DNA of 64,000 bases from the human T2T-CHM13v2.0 reference genome, Homo sapiens. The notes under the pieces are model-generated. The model was not told the DNA's origin, ran no database searches, and saw only the letters and a program-made list of their open reading frames with translations. Made by a program: the position numbers and the translations under genes. Shown piece by piece: positions 1-12,900 of the stretch (the stretch's first letter is position 1; each line of letters starts with the position of its first letter). The DNA is taken from contig CP068257.2 in assembly GCA_009914755.4 (NCBI GenBank), positions 12,192,001 to 12,256,000 on the forward strand. The letters are read 5' to 3'.

Positions 1-1829
1 GTGGCAATATATTCACTGGGATTCCTGCAAGGTGAGGCTGGGGAGAGGAAGCAGCTCCATAACACATATGAAACCCTGGAAACCCTTCTCAGCCAAAATC
101 TCAGGACCACATTACACCCAGAAATGGGTGCCCTCTGAGCACAATTGTCTCTCTGTCTCCCACTCTGAGCTCCCTCATGGCCCCACATGCCCCAGCCTGG
201 CCCAGAGCTTGAAGCCCAGTAACTGTTCAGTCCATGGTGTTGACTGCTCCCTGGGACAGGAGAGCGCTTGGTGGCTCTGGGACTCCTCCTGTGGAACCCC
301 TGCATCTGCCTTGGGACCTCCCAATTCCCATGGGAAGCCCCCATGGCTCTGGATTGCCCCACCTGCCCTGGGATCCTCCAGCCCCATAAGACTTACTTGA
401 TGCCTTAGACCTCCCAGAACATGACATGTTTCTCAGAATGTGGCTGATGTCCAGGGCCATCTGTGGATGTTTCTGGGGACTTCTAGCTGATTTCCTTTAT
501 GGTCTGTAGGGCACGGCCAAGAGGAGAAACCAGCCCAACCTCAGAATGGACAAAAGGCTCACTGCCCCAATGGCAACCACCAAACTGTCAGCAGTGCTTC
601 TGAAAGGAAAGGTTTCATTCTGCAGAAAGCTCCTTGTTTGGCTTCTTTCTGATGCCAGGGAGGGGTACCAATCCCTGCATACCTGTGGTGCCTACGTTAC
701 CATCTCTGCCTAGGATGTGCAATGGGCCCCTGCTCTCACTGCGGGGTTGACGTTACCTCCAGCTGGAGACCTGGGCTCCTGACACCGCCTGGCCTCTTTG
801 TCCTTCTCTGGATGAGGGTGGAAAGGCTGTACCTGGTATTTCCCTAGGTCCTTGGTTTCCACCTTCTAAACATCCAGCAGGAGTGACCATGCCCAGCACC
901 ACACCTGAAGTGGGACTCCCTTGTGGAGCAGCCAAGAAATCTACAGATGGAAGAATGCTCTGGTGAGATAAGCCACAGGGGTCCCTGGGGAGGATCTGGG
1001 GCCAGAGGATTCTGGAGGTTTCCAGCCTTGGGCTCTGTGGGAACTATGATCTGGAGATATTTTTTTCATTTAGGTCACCAAGAGACAACCCCTAACCCCT
1101 GAGCAAGGCATGGTCAAGCTCTGGCATGAGATTCTCTTCCAGCAATGCAATGCTTGCAGAGACAGGTACAAAAGCTGGTGACCAGGCCTGCTGTCCCCCA
1201 GGTAAGGACAGTGTGCTACCCACCCTCTGAGAGGTGGTGCCAGTCCACAGCACTGGGTGCCTGTACCCCTGGCTCTGCAGATACCGGTCATGGAAGTCCC
1301 ATGGAGGTCCTCCCCTCTCCACATTACCTTCTTGCTGCTTCTAGACTTCTTCTAGTCATTAAGCATGTTGAGCCATTTTTCTGTGCATCCGATCTGACAT
1401 TTTTGCTCTCAGATGAAACACGACAAAGTAAGCTGAGCCACCAGGATTCCTGGAGGGAACCTTGGATGCTTGGTCTTGGGCTCCAGGGCACTGATGGGAG
1501 GGAGCCAGGGAAGAACAAACACTGGGGCTGAGCCCCTATGACCCAATGGGAACTTGTGGCCTGTCCTTATGGCCCCAAGACACCCTGTCCTCAGGCCACA
1601 GGCACCACGGGCTTTGGTCAGATCCCAGCCTCCCAGTAGTGTCCCGGCACTAGTGGGTGCTGACCCCTGAGCCACAACCACAGTTCTGGGTTTGGGGTAT
1701 GGTAAAACCACCCCAGGGACAGAGTTCTGGGGCCGGGTTTGGGAGGAACCAAGGCACCTCCCAGGGATGGTGTGTCACTCCTACTTGCCATGAAATGTGC
1801 ACAAAGGCTGTCCTCCTGCCCATCCCATC

Positions 1830-2095
1830 CTGCTGGACAGGATGGAGGAAGTGAGGGAACAGGCAGCGTGGACAGCTAGGGTGCAGGGAGAGGCAGGTGC
1901 ATGCTGGGAGGTCAGGCCCTGTGAGGGCTGTGGGGGCATCAGGTGGAGTGGGCTTCAGGTACACCCTCAGTGCAATGGGCAGGTCTCAGGCCAGGCTTCC
2001 TGGACCCCGGCTGGGTGATGTGGTCACTCCCTGGGGGACTACTGTCAGACCCTGGCCACGCACCCTGGGCAGCACTGTCCCATCCCAGGACTGGA
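1830..2095 (+). repeat. Left arm of a ~265 bp inverted repeat in the left flank (partner at 2540-2805, spacer ~445 bp)
   Basis: ORF translations on opposite strands are near-identical. Examples: 1797-2018(+) '...RMEEVREQAAWTARVQGEAGACWEVRPCEGCGGIRWSGLQVH...' against 2615-2830(-) '...RMEEAREQAGWAAEFQGETCACWEVRPSEGCWGIRWTGLQVH...'; 1897-2103(+) against 2320-2898(-); 1650-1964(-) against 2558-2917(+). This shows reverse-complement DNA similarity. Confidence 0.75.
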
Positions 2096-2539
2096 TTTTC
2101 TGAGTCCTCAGACAGGAAAACACTGCCCAGGCCTGACAGACTGGGAAGACCTCTTAAGTCCTCCATCCCTAGACCAGCCTCCCAACAGCAGGGACAGTCT
2201 CCTACCTTTACCTTCAGGGCACTGACTGATCCATCTCACTCTAAGGCAACCAAGGCAGAGCTGAGGACCTGTGCCAGGCTGGAAGCCAGTCCCCTCCCTA
2301 AATAGGCCTTAGGGAAGCCTCATCCCTGTCCCAGTGCACTGCAAGTTTCAGCCCAGGAGACACATAGGGAAGGGAGGATGGGGCCTCCCCACTGGCTGAC
2401 CCTGGAAAAGCGGGACCTGGGAGAAGAGGGAGTGCAGGGCTGGCAGGGGATTCTCCAGGCCCATGGAGAGCTCAGTCTGCACCATGGGGCTGCCCCTCCT
2501 GGGCTGGAGGCTGTGCCCTCTGCAGGATCTGAGGAAGTG

Positions 2540-2805
2540 CAGTCCTGAGATGGGACAGTGCTACCCAGGTTGGGTAGCCAGAGCCTGACAATAGTCCCCC
2601 AGCAAATGACCACATCACCCAGCCAGGGTCCAGGGAGCCTGGGCCAAGACCTGCCCAGTGCACTGACGGTGCACCTGGAGCCCAGTCCACCTGATGCCCC
2701 AACAGCCCTCACTGGGTCTGACCTCCCAGCATGCACATGTCTCTCCCTGAAACTCAGCTGCCCACCCTGCCTGTTCCCTGGCCTCCTCCATCCTGTGCAG
2801 CCCAT
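2540..2805 (-). repeat. Right arm of the left-flank inverted repeat (partner at 1830-2095)
   Basis: Same ORF-pair evidence as for the left arm. The centre of symmetry is near 2317. Confidence 0.75.
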
Positions 2806-2989
2806 AGACTGTGACCATCTCTCTGGCCACTCTGGTACTTCCTTTACTTTTGTCCTGTCAGAATCCCTGAGCAAGATCTCCCAGGTCCATCCAAACACCT
2901 GCTTTGTCCACTTTTGACTGGGCCATTGAACACCACTGGGCCATCCCAGCTGTCCACAGGGTCCTCGATAACATGCATTTCTCCTGACA

Positions 2990-3872
2990 TCTCCCTGCAG
3001 TGCTCAGCAGCCCCCACTGACCAGGTCCCTGCTGACCAGATCCAGCATATCAGATCCTCCCTGACCACACCCTCACTGACTAGACCCCCATCACCAGGCC
3101 TCACTAACTAGATTCCCGCTGACAGGCCCACAATGACCAGGACTCCACTGATGAGGACCTTACTGATAAGTCCTCACTTGTAAGGCCTCACTGACCAGGT
3201 CCTTACTGACAAGGCCTCGCTGATCAGGTTCCACCGATAATGACCCCATTGCCTGGTCCCACAGATGAAGCCCCACTGAGCAGGCCTCCAGGGAATAGGC
3301 TGCCAGTGACCAGGCTCCTACTAACCACGCCTGAGGTGACCAGATGCCCCTGACTGGGACTCTAATGAGTATGCCCCACTGAACAGGCATGCACTGCTCA
3401 GATCCCCGCTGACCTGGTCACCCCGTAGACCAGTGCTACAAAAGCCACCACTGATCAAGTCCTCTCTGACCAGGCCCCCACTGATTAGGTTCCACTGAGC
3501 AGCCTGCCCTGACCAGGGCCCCACTGACAAGCGCCTCTGCTGACTAGGTCCCATGTGGCCAGGCCTCCACTGAATAACACCCCTTGACCTGGTCACCAGT
3601 AACCCAGCCCAATCAGACAAGGCCACAACTAAGCCCCAGCTGACAAGGTCTCCACTGACCAAGTCCCACAGCCCAGGTTGGCATTGACCAGACACCAAAC
3701 ATTTGTCTGCCACTAGGAACCCACTCACCAAGAGCTGCACTACTAGATCCCTCTAATGAGACCCTCTCTAGGCAGACACCTGCTGACCACCCCCCACTAA
3801 ATAGGCCTCACTGACAAAGTCCCAACTGACTAGGTCCCCTGAGCAGGCCTACACTGATCAGGCCCCTCCTAA
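2990..3872. repeat. Degenerate minisatellite A, ~15-17 bp units with consensus about CCACTGACCAGGYCC, directly abutting the macrosatellite
   Basis: Visible reiteration of 'cactgaccaggtcc', 'cactgatcaggcccc', 'ctgaccaggccccca' and similar units through 3000-3870. It ends at 'taaccatatcagaaggccaag', where the LTR-like array sequence begins. Confidence 0.8.
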
Positions 3873-6800
3873 CCATATCAGAAGGCCAAGCGGCAATGAG
3901 ATGTTTCATATGGCAGGAGTAGGAGCAAGACAGAGAGAGGAAAGAGGTGTGACATCCTGTTAGACAACCAGATCACATAAGAACTCACCATCAGGACATC
4001 GGCATCAAGAAAACTAACCAATGGTGAAGGATCCTCCACCCACACCACCGCCCACTGTTTCCAGGCAGAAGCCTCCTGCAGAAGCAGAACCTCTTAGGAA
4101 ACATCCACTATGGCAGTGCAGAAGGAAAATATAGGCTTTGAGCCCCCACACAGGAGGCCACCTTCCTCCAGACTCCAGGTTCATAAGCCCACCAACAGCT
4201 CACACCCTCAGTATGGAAAAGCTACAGGCACTCGACACCAACCCAGCCCATGAGAGCAGCCATGGGGGCAACACCCTGCAAAGCCAGAGATGCACTGTCC
4301 TAGTAGAGGTTTCCCATGAGCCTCTGCCTCTGCAGCAAGTTACTCCCACCCTCCCACCACCCTACTGACGACCTACTCCTCCCCACACTACTCCTCCTTT
4401 TCCTTCCACCCCAACCCCCTCCCATCCAAGATTAAATCACCTCCCACCTGGCACACCTCCGACATTAAGGATGACACGTGAGTTTTACAGGGACACACAG
4501 CCAACCCATATTATTCTGACCCTGATACCCCAGAACCTCATGTCCTTCTCACAGAGCAAAACACAATCATGCCTTTTCAAAAGTTTCCAAAAGTCTTAAC
4601 TCATTCCAAATGTAAAAATTTCAAAGTCTCATCTGAGACAAGGTTACAATCCCTTCTGCCAATGAGTCCCTGAATTTAAAAGGGATTTCTTTTCCTTCAA
4701 GGTACAATAGGCATTGGGTAAGTTTTCTCAATCCAAAGGGAAGAAATTCCCCAGAAAAATAACACAAATGCAAGTCCAAACCCCAGCAGGACAGTATTCA
4801 TTCAATACAGTATCTCACAGCTCTGTAATCATCAAGAGAACTCACTATCATGCAGACAGCATTAAGGAGACAGTGTTAAACAATTTATGAAGAATCCAAT
4901 CCCCACCCTCATCTTTCACACCCATCCACAAAATAATCTCCACCATTCTCCCCACACCCCTACCTCCAACACCCACTCTTCGCCATGATTAAATCACCTC
5001 CCACCAGGCCCCACCTTTAACTTTCACCATCACAATTCCATGAGAGTATTGGTAGGGACAAAAAGTCAAATCATATTATTCTGACATGGGTCCCCCCCAA
5101 TCTCATATCCTTGTCACACTACAAAATACAATGATGCCTTCTGTACAGTCCCCCAAATTCTTAACTCATTCCAGCATTTACTGAAATGCCCAAAGCCCAG
5201 AGTCTCATCTGAGGCAAGTCTACAGTCCCTTCTGCTCATGAGCCACTGAATTACATATAAAGCAAGTTTACTACTTCCAAGGTGCAATGATTGTACAGGC
5301 GTTGGGTAAGCATTCCCAGCCAAAAGGAAAAAAATTGCCAGAAAGAAGCACAAAAAACAGATGGGGCTTACAGACCCCATGCAAGTCAAAAACCCAGCAG
5401 GCCAGTCATTGAATCCTACAGCTCCCAAATCATATTTTCTGAATCTGTATCCCACATCTGGAGCACAGGGGTGGATAGCTGGGCTCCCAAGGCCTTGGGC
5501 AGCTCAGCATCTGTGACTGTGCAGGGTCTATCCCCCACAGGTGACCTCATGGGCTGGGCTGGTGTTGAGTGCCTGTGGCTTTTCCACACTGAGGGTGCCA
5601 GCAGTTGGCGGGTCTATGAATCTGGGGTCTGGAAAATGGTGCATTCCTGTGTGGGCGCTACAACCCTATATGTTCCTTCTGTACTGCCCTAGTAAATGTT
5701 TCCCATGAGGCTCTGCCTCTTGGAAAAGCTGCTGTCTCAACACCCAGGTTTTCCCATACATACTCTGGAGTCTAGACAAAGGCTCCCAAGCCTCTAGTTT
5801 TGTGCTCTGTGCACCTGCTGGCTTAGTACTATGTGGAAGCCACCAAGGTTTGAAGCTTGCACCCCTGAAGCAGTGATGCAAGCTGTACCTGTGCATCTTT
5901 CAGCCGTGACTGGAGCTGGAGCTGGAGCTGGAGCTGCAGGGATGCAGGCAGCAGTGTCCTGAGGATGAACACAGCAACGCGACCATGGGACTCACCCAGG
6001 AAAGCATTCTTGGGTCCTAGAACTCGGGGCCTGTGACAGCAAGCTCTGCTGCAAAGGTCTCTGAAATGGCTTCAAGACCTTTTAACCTTGTCTTAGCTAT
6101 TAGCACTGGGCTCCATTTTATGCAAATTTCTGAAGCCTTCTTGAATTTTCCCACTGAAAATCAGCTTTGCTTTTTGACCACTTGGCCAGGCTGCAAATTT
6201 TCCAAACTTTTAAGTCCTGCTTCTCATTTAAATATAACTTTCAACTTGAGGTCATTTATTCAGTCACAGAGAAGACCACAGGCTGTTCAAAACAGACAAG
6301 ACACCTCTTGCGCTTTGCTGCCTACTTCATTTCACCAGATATACCCTAAATTATCACTCTCAAGTTCAAAGTTTCAGAGGTCTCCAGGGCAGGAACACCA
6401 TCCAGCCAAGTTCTTTGCTAAGGCAAAACAAAAGTAACCTTAACTCCTGTTCCCAGTAAGTTGCTCATTTTCATCTGAGACCTTCTAAGTCTGGCCTTCA
6501 CTGTCCATCCTTCAGTCACTCTTTTAATTATAGCTATGTAACAAGTCTCTATGGTCACCGTTTTAATTTAACACATCTCTACAATAGTCCAAATTTTCCC
6601 TCATCTTTCTGTCTTCTTCCAAGCCCCCCAAACTGTGCAGCATCTGGTCGTTACCCACGTCTGAACCTGCTTCTACATTTTCAGCTACCGTTGTGGCAGC
6701 CTGGCAATGTGGTAAAAGAAGAAAAGTCCATTTTCAGGGGGAAAATTCAAGAAGCCTTCAGATATTTGCATATAGAAGAAGCCAAATGCTAATAGTAAAA

Positions 6801-6882
6801 AAAAAAAAGATGAAGAAACCTTGAGGGCATTTCATAGCTCCACTTTACAGTACAAATTTTCTGTAGTATTATTTTTAAAAGA
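3872..6882. repeat. Monomer m0 (F-type, 5'-truncated at the array edge)
   Basis: It is homologous to 23053-26235. ORF 5114-5455(-) matches 24493-24804(-). It starts mid-LTR at 'ccatatcagaaggccaagcggcaatgagatgtttcatatggcagg'. Confidence 0.85.
5912..5935. repeat. (GGAGCT)4 microsatellite in the F-type monomer
   Basis: 'ggagctggagctggagctggagctgcaggg'. The equivalent sites are 25261-25290 ('ggagctgtagctgtagctgtagctgcaggg') and 44817-44840 ('ggagctggagctggggctgcaggg'). Confidence 0.9.
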
Positions 6883-7640
6883 GGTTTAACTGGCTCATGT
6901 TTCTGCAGGCTGTAAAGGCAGCAAGTGGCTTCTGCTTCTGGGAGGACTCAGGAAGCCTCCCAATCATACCAAAAGGCCAAGTGACAATGAGATGTTCCAT
7001 ATGGCAGGAGTAAGAAGAAGATACAGAGAAGAAAGAGGTGCCACACCCGGTTATACAACCAGATCTCATGAGAACTCACTATCAGAAGATCAGCCTCAGG
7101 AAGATTAACCAATGGTGAAGGATCCGCCCGCACCACCCCTCGCTGTTTCCAGGCGGAAGCCTCCTGCAGAGGCAGAACCTCTTGGAGAACCTCTACCAGC
7201 GCAGTGCAGAAGGAAAATATGAGCTTGTAGCCCCCACACAGGAGGCCACCATCCTCCAGACAGGAGATTGATAAACCCACCAACAGCTTGCACTCTCTGC
7301 GTGGAAAAGCTACAGGCACTCAACACCAGCCCAGCCCATGAGAGCAGCCATGGGGGCTACACCCTGCAAAGCCACAGGTGCACTGCCCTAGTAGAGACTT
7401 TCCATGAGCCTCTGCCTCTGCAGCAGGCTACTTCCCCCTCCTACTACCCACCACCCTATCACCACCCTACTAACAACGTACTCCTCACCCTACCAACCCC
7501 TTTTCCTTCCACCCCCGGCCCCCGAACATCCATGATTAAATCACCTCCAGCCAGGCCCCACCTCCAATATTAAGGATTACAATTCACATGAGTTTTGGTA
7601 AAGAAACACAGCCAAATCATATTATTCTGACCCTGATCCC
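6840..7640 (-). mobile_element. Representative LTR-like portion of a monomer: MaLR-type LTR (reverse complement) interrupted by a ~400 bp insertion; an equivalent segment starts each monomer
   Basis: 'gaggtttaactggctcatgtttctgcaggctgtaaaggcagcaagtggcttctgcttctgggaggactcaggaagcctcccaatcataccaaaaggccaag...cagatctcatgagaactcactatcag...ggtgaaggatccgcccg' runs to the insertion at 7125-7520, then 'catgattaaatcacctccagccaggccccacctccaatattaaggattacaattcacatgagttttggtaaagaaacacagccaaatcatattattctgaccctg'. Confidence 0.7.
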
Positions 7641-9994
7641 CACAGTCTCATGTCCTTCTCACAGAGAAAAATATATTCATGCCTTTTCAAAAGTTTCCAG
7701 AAGTCTTAACTCATTCCAACATTAACTCAAATGTAAAAAAATCAACATCTCATCTGAGACAAGTCTACAGTACCTTTTGCCTATGAGTCCCTGAATTTAA
7801 AAGGATGTTCTTTTCTTTCAAGGTACAATAATGGTACAGGCTTTGGGTAAGATTTTTCAATCCAAAGGGAAGAAATTTCCCAGGAAGAAAACACAAATGG
7901 GACCACAGGCCCAATACAAGTCCAAAACCCAGAAGGCCAGTATCCATTCAATCTTACAGCTCCAAAATCATGAAGAGAACTCACTATCACAAGGACAGCA
8001 ATAAGGAGAGTGTTTAATCATTTGTGAAGCATCCGTCCCCCACCCCCAATTTTCACTGCTCACCCGCACCATAAATCCCCCAGTCTCCCTAAGCCCCATC
8101 TTCCAACCCCCACCCTCCACCGTGATTAAATCACCTTCCTCCAGGCCCCACCTTTAACATTCCGATGACAATTCCACATGAGTTTTGGTAGAGACACAGA
8201 GCTGAATTTTATTATTCTGTCCCTGGCTCCCCAAATCTCATGTCCTTCTCACATTGCAAAATACAATGATGCCTTCCCTACAGTCCCCCAAAATCTTATA
8301 TCATTACAGTATTTATACAAATGTTGAAAGCTTAAAGTCTCATCTGACACAAGGCTACAGTTTCTTAGGCCCATGAGCCTCTGAAATATAACGCAAGTTA
8401 ACTACTTCCAAGGTACAATGCTTGTACAGGCATTGGGTAAGCATTCCCAGCCAAAAGGAAGAACGTTGCCGGAAAAAAACAAAACACAGATAGGACTTAC
8501 CGGCCCCATGAAACTACAAACCCAGAAGGCCAGTCATTCCATCCTACAGTTCCAAAATCACCCTTTTTGAAACCTTGTCCCACATCCAGGGCACAGGGGT
8601 GTGAGGGCTGGGCTTCCAAGGCCTTGGGCAGCTTGGCACCTGTGGCTTTGCAGGGTTTATGCCCCACAGCTGGCCTCATGGGCTCGGCTGGTGTTGAGTG
8701 CCTGTGACTTTTCCTCACTGAGAATACAAGTTGTTGGGGGGTCTATGAATCTGGGGTCTGCATGATGGTGGCCTCCAGTGTGGGGGCTCCAACCCCATGT
8801 TTTCCTTCTGCACTGCCCTAGTAGAAGTTTCATATAAGGCTCTGCCTTTTTGGGGTGCTTTTGCCTGGACACCCAGGCATTTCCATACATCTTCCAAAAT
8901 CTATAGAGAGGTTCCGAAGCCTCTAGTCTCATGCTCCGTCCGCCAGTGGCTTAACACTATGAGGAATTTACCAAGGCTTCTAGCCAGCACCCTCTGTAGC
9001 AGTGACCCAAGCTGTAGCTGTGCATCTTTCAATCATGGCTGGAGCTGGAGCTGGAGCTGGAGATGGAGCTGGAGATGGAGCTGCAGGGATGCAGGCAGCA
9101 GTGTCCTGAGGCTCCACACAGAGGGGGTCATGGAACTGGCCCAGGAAACTGTTCTTCTCTCCTAGGCCCCAGGGCCTGTAACAACAAGGGCTGCTGCAAA
9201 GGTCTCTGAAATGCCTTCAAGGCCTTTTCCCTATTGTCTTGTCTATTAGCACTGGGCTCCTTTTCATGCAAGTTTCCGAAGCCTTCCTCAATTTTCCCCC
9301 TGAAAATCAGCTTTTCTTTTGGACCACATGGCCAGGCCGCAAATTTTCCAAACTTTTGAGTTCTGTTTCTCATGTAATGTAAGAGTTGGGACTCATTTAA
9401 TGTAAGTCTCATCCAGAGGTCATTTCCTCCATCCCACATAAGAGCACAGGCTGTTCAATGGAAACAGGACAACTCTTGAGCTTTGCTGCTCAGTTCATTC
9501 CACCAGATACTCAGTAAATCATCACCCTCAAGTTCAAAGTTTCACAGATCTCCAGGGCGAGGTCACCGTGCAGCCACGTTCTTTGCTAAGGAAACAAAAG
9601 TAACTTTGACTTCTGTTCCCAGTAAGTGCTTCATTTTCATCTGAGACCTTCTAAGTCGGGCTTTCACTGACCATTTTCCTGTGAGCCTTCTGATCACAAA
9701 TGTTTAACAATTCTTTACAAAGATCCAAACTTTCATTCATCTTCTTGTCTTCGAAGCCCTCCAAACTCTTCCGACCTCTGTATGCTACTCCCTTCTGAAC
9801 CTGCTTCTACATTATCACTATCTTTGCCACAGCCTGGCAATGTGGTAAAGGAAAACAAGTCCATTTTCAGGGGGAAAATTCATGAAGCCTTCACATACTT
9901 GAATGAAAAGAAGCTGAGTGCTGATTGCCACGACAATGACATTTAATAGTTCCACTTTGCACTACTAATTTTCTCTATGATCATAAAGAAAAGA
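6883..9994. repeat. Monomer m1 (A-type), first monomer of HOR copy 1
   Basis: It is bounded by 'ggtttaactggctcatg' at 6883 and 'ggtttaattggctcatg' at 9995. Its ORFs recur at 27115-28811 and 46671-48355. Confidence 0.9.
9041..9082. repeat. (GGAGCT/GGAGAT)7 microsatellite in the A-type monomer of copy 1
   Basis: 'ggagctggagctggagctggagatggagctggagatggagct'. Confidence 0.9.
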
Positions 9995-12900
9995 GGTTTA
10001 ATTGGCTCATGATTCTGCAGGCTGTAAGGAAACACAGTGGCTTCTGAATCTGGGAGGACTCAGGATGCCTCCCAATCATACCAGAATGTCCAGGGGCAAT
10101 GAGATGATTCATGTGGCAGGAGTAGGCACAAGACAGAGAGGAAAGAGGGCCACACCCTATTATACAACCAAATCTTATGTGAACTCACTATTACAAGGTC
10201 AGCATCATGAAGATGGTGCTTAAACATTGATGAAGGAACAACCACCCACACCCAACTCCCACTGTTTCCAAACAGAAGCCTGCTGCACAGGCAGAGCCTC
10301 TTGGAAAACCTGTACTAGGGCAGTGTGGAAGGAAAATATGAGCTTGGAGCCCCCACAGAGATGGCCACCACCCTCCAGACCCCAGATTCACAGACCCATC
10401 AGCAGCTCACACCCTCTGTGGAAAAGCTACAGGTTTTTCCAAACCTCAACACCAACCCAGCCCATGAAAGCATCTGCAGGGGCTCAACCCTGCAAAGCCA
10501 CAGGTGGATTGCCCTAGTAGAGGTTTTCCATGAGGCTTTGCCTCAGCAGCAGGCTACTCCCCCTTCCTACTACCCCCAACCCTCCCACCATTCTACTGCC
10601 AGCCTACTCCTCCCCACCCCAACCAACCATTTTGTGATACCCTACCTTGTTTTAACCTGATCGACTCTCCCTTAGCTGAGGGAGCCAGGCAGACTCCATC
10701 TTGGCTGTTTCACTTGCAGCCCCTTACACACATCCCTTCCTCAAGGACATAACTTGTGCAAGCTGACTCCCAGCACATCAACGAATGCAATTACTGACAA
10801 GATACTGTGGCAAGCTATATCCACAGTTCCCAGGAATTCACCCCGTTGATGGTACCTAAAACCCCCGCATTTCTGTCCAGTTGATAGCACCCAAAGCCCC
10901 CACCTCTATCACCTTTTGATGGATTTAAAGTCCCTGCACCTGGAACTGTTTGTTTTCCTGTAGCCATTTACCTTTTTAACTTTTTTGCCTGTTTTGCTTC
11001 TGTAAGATTGCTTCAACGAGGCCTCCCCTCCCCTTTCTAAACCAAAGTATAAAAGAAAATCTAGCCCCTTCTTCCGGGCCGAGAGAATTTTGAGCACTAG
11101 CGCTCTCTCAGTCGCTGGCAATAAAGGTCTCCTGAAGTCGTCTCATAGTGTGGCGTTTCTCTACCACTCGCTTGGTTACAACCCTTTTCCTTCCACCCCC
11201 CAACCCACCTCCAATCCATGATTAAATCATCGCCCCCAGGCCCCACTTTCAACATTTGGAATTACAATTCCACCTGAATTTTTTTAGGGACTCACAGCCA
11301 AACCATATTATTCTTACCCTGATATCCCAGAATCTCATGTCCTTATCACAGAGCAAAATACAATCATGCCTTTTCAAAAGTTCCAATAGCCTTAACTAAT
11401 TCCAAGTGTAAAAAGTTCAAAGTCTCATCTGAGACAAGGCTACTGCCCCTTCTGCCTATGAGTCCCTGAATTTAAAAGAGATTTCTTTTCTTTCAAGGTA
11501 CAATGATGGTAGAGGTATTGTGTAAGCTTTCTCAATCCAAAGGGAAGAAATTTCCCAGAAAAATAACACAAATGGGCCCACAGGCCCAGTGCAAGTCCAA
11601 AACCCAGCAGGACAGTATTCACTCAATCTCACAGCTCAAAAATCATTAAGAGAACTCATCGTCATGCGGAAAGCATTAAGGAGACAGTGTTTACCCATTT
11701 GTGAAGAATCTGTTCCCCCGCCCTCATCTTTCACTCCCATCCACAAAATAATCTCTCCCGTTCTCCCCACACCCCTACCTCCAACACCCACTCTTCTCCA
11801 TGATTAAATCACCTCCCACCAGTTCCCACCTTTAACATTCCCCCCTAAAATTCCACATGAATATTGGTAGAGACACAAATTCAAATCATATCATTCTGGC
11901 TCTTGCTCCCCAAATCTTGTATCCTTGTCACACTGCAAAATACATTGATGACTTCTTTACTGTCCCCCAAAGACTTAACTCATTCCAGCATTTACTAAAA
12001 TGTACAAGGACTTACAGACCCCATGCAAGTCAAAAACCCAGCAGGCCAGTCATTGAATCCTACAGCTCCAAATCATCTTTTCTGAATGGACATCTCTCAT
12101 CCGATCACAGGAGTGTCATGGCTGGGCTCCCAAGGCCTTGGGCAGCTCTGCACCTGTGGCTGTGCACGGTCTATCCCCCACAGCTGCCCTCATGGGCTGG
12201 GCTGGTGTTGAGTGCCTGTAGCTTTTCCAAACTAAGGTTGGAAAAGCCAGCTGTTGGTGGGTCTATGAATCTGGGGTCTGGAGAATGGTGCCTCCATATT
12301 TAGGGACCCCAGCCCTATATTATCCTTCTGTACTGCCCTAGTAAAGGTTTCCCATGAGGCTCTGCCTCTTGGAAAAGCTTCTACCTGAAAACCCAGGTTT
12401 TTCCGTAGATACTCTGGAGTCTAGACAAAGGCTCCCAAGCCTCTAGTTTTGTTCTCTGTGCACCTGCTGGCTTAACACTATGTGGAAGCCACCAAGGCTT
12501 GAAGCTTACACCCCTGAAGCGTGATGCAAGCTGTACCTGTGCATCTTTCAGCCATGGCTGGAACTAGAGCTGCAGGGATGCAGGCAGCAGTGTCTTGAGA
12601 CTGCACATAGAGGGGGGTCATGGAACTGGCCTAGGAAACCATTCTTCTCTCCGAGGCCCCAGGGCCTATGATAGCAAGGGCTGCTGCAAAGGTTTCTGAA
12701 ATGGCTTCAAGGCCTTTTCCCTATTGTCTTGGCTATTAGCACTGGGCTCCTTTTCATGCAAATTTCTAAAGCCTTCCTCAGTTTTCCCCTGAAAATCAGC
12801 TTTTCTTTTTGACCATTTGGCCAGGCTGCAAATTTTTGAGTTCTGTTTCTCATTTAATATAAGAGTTGGGACTCATTTAATGTAAGATCCATCCAGATGT

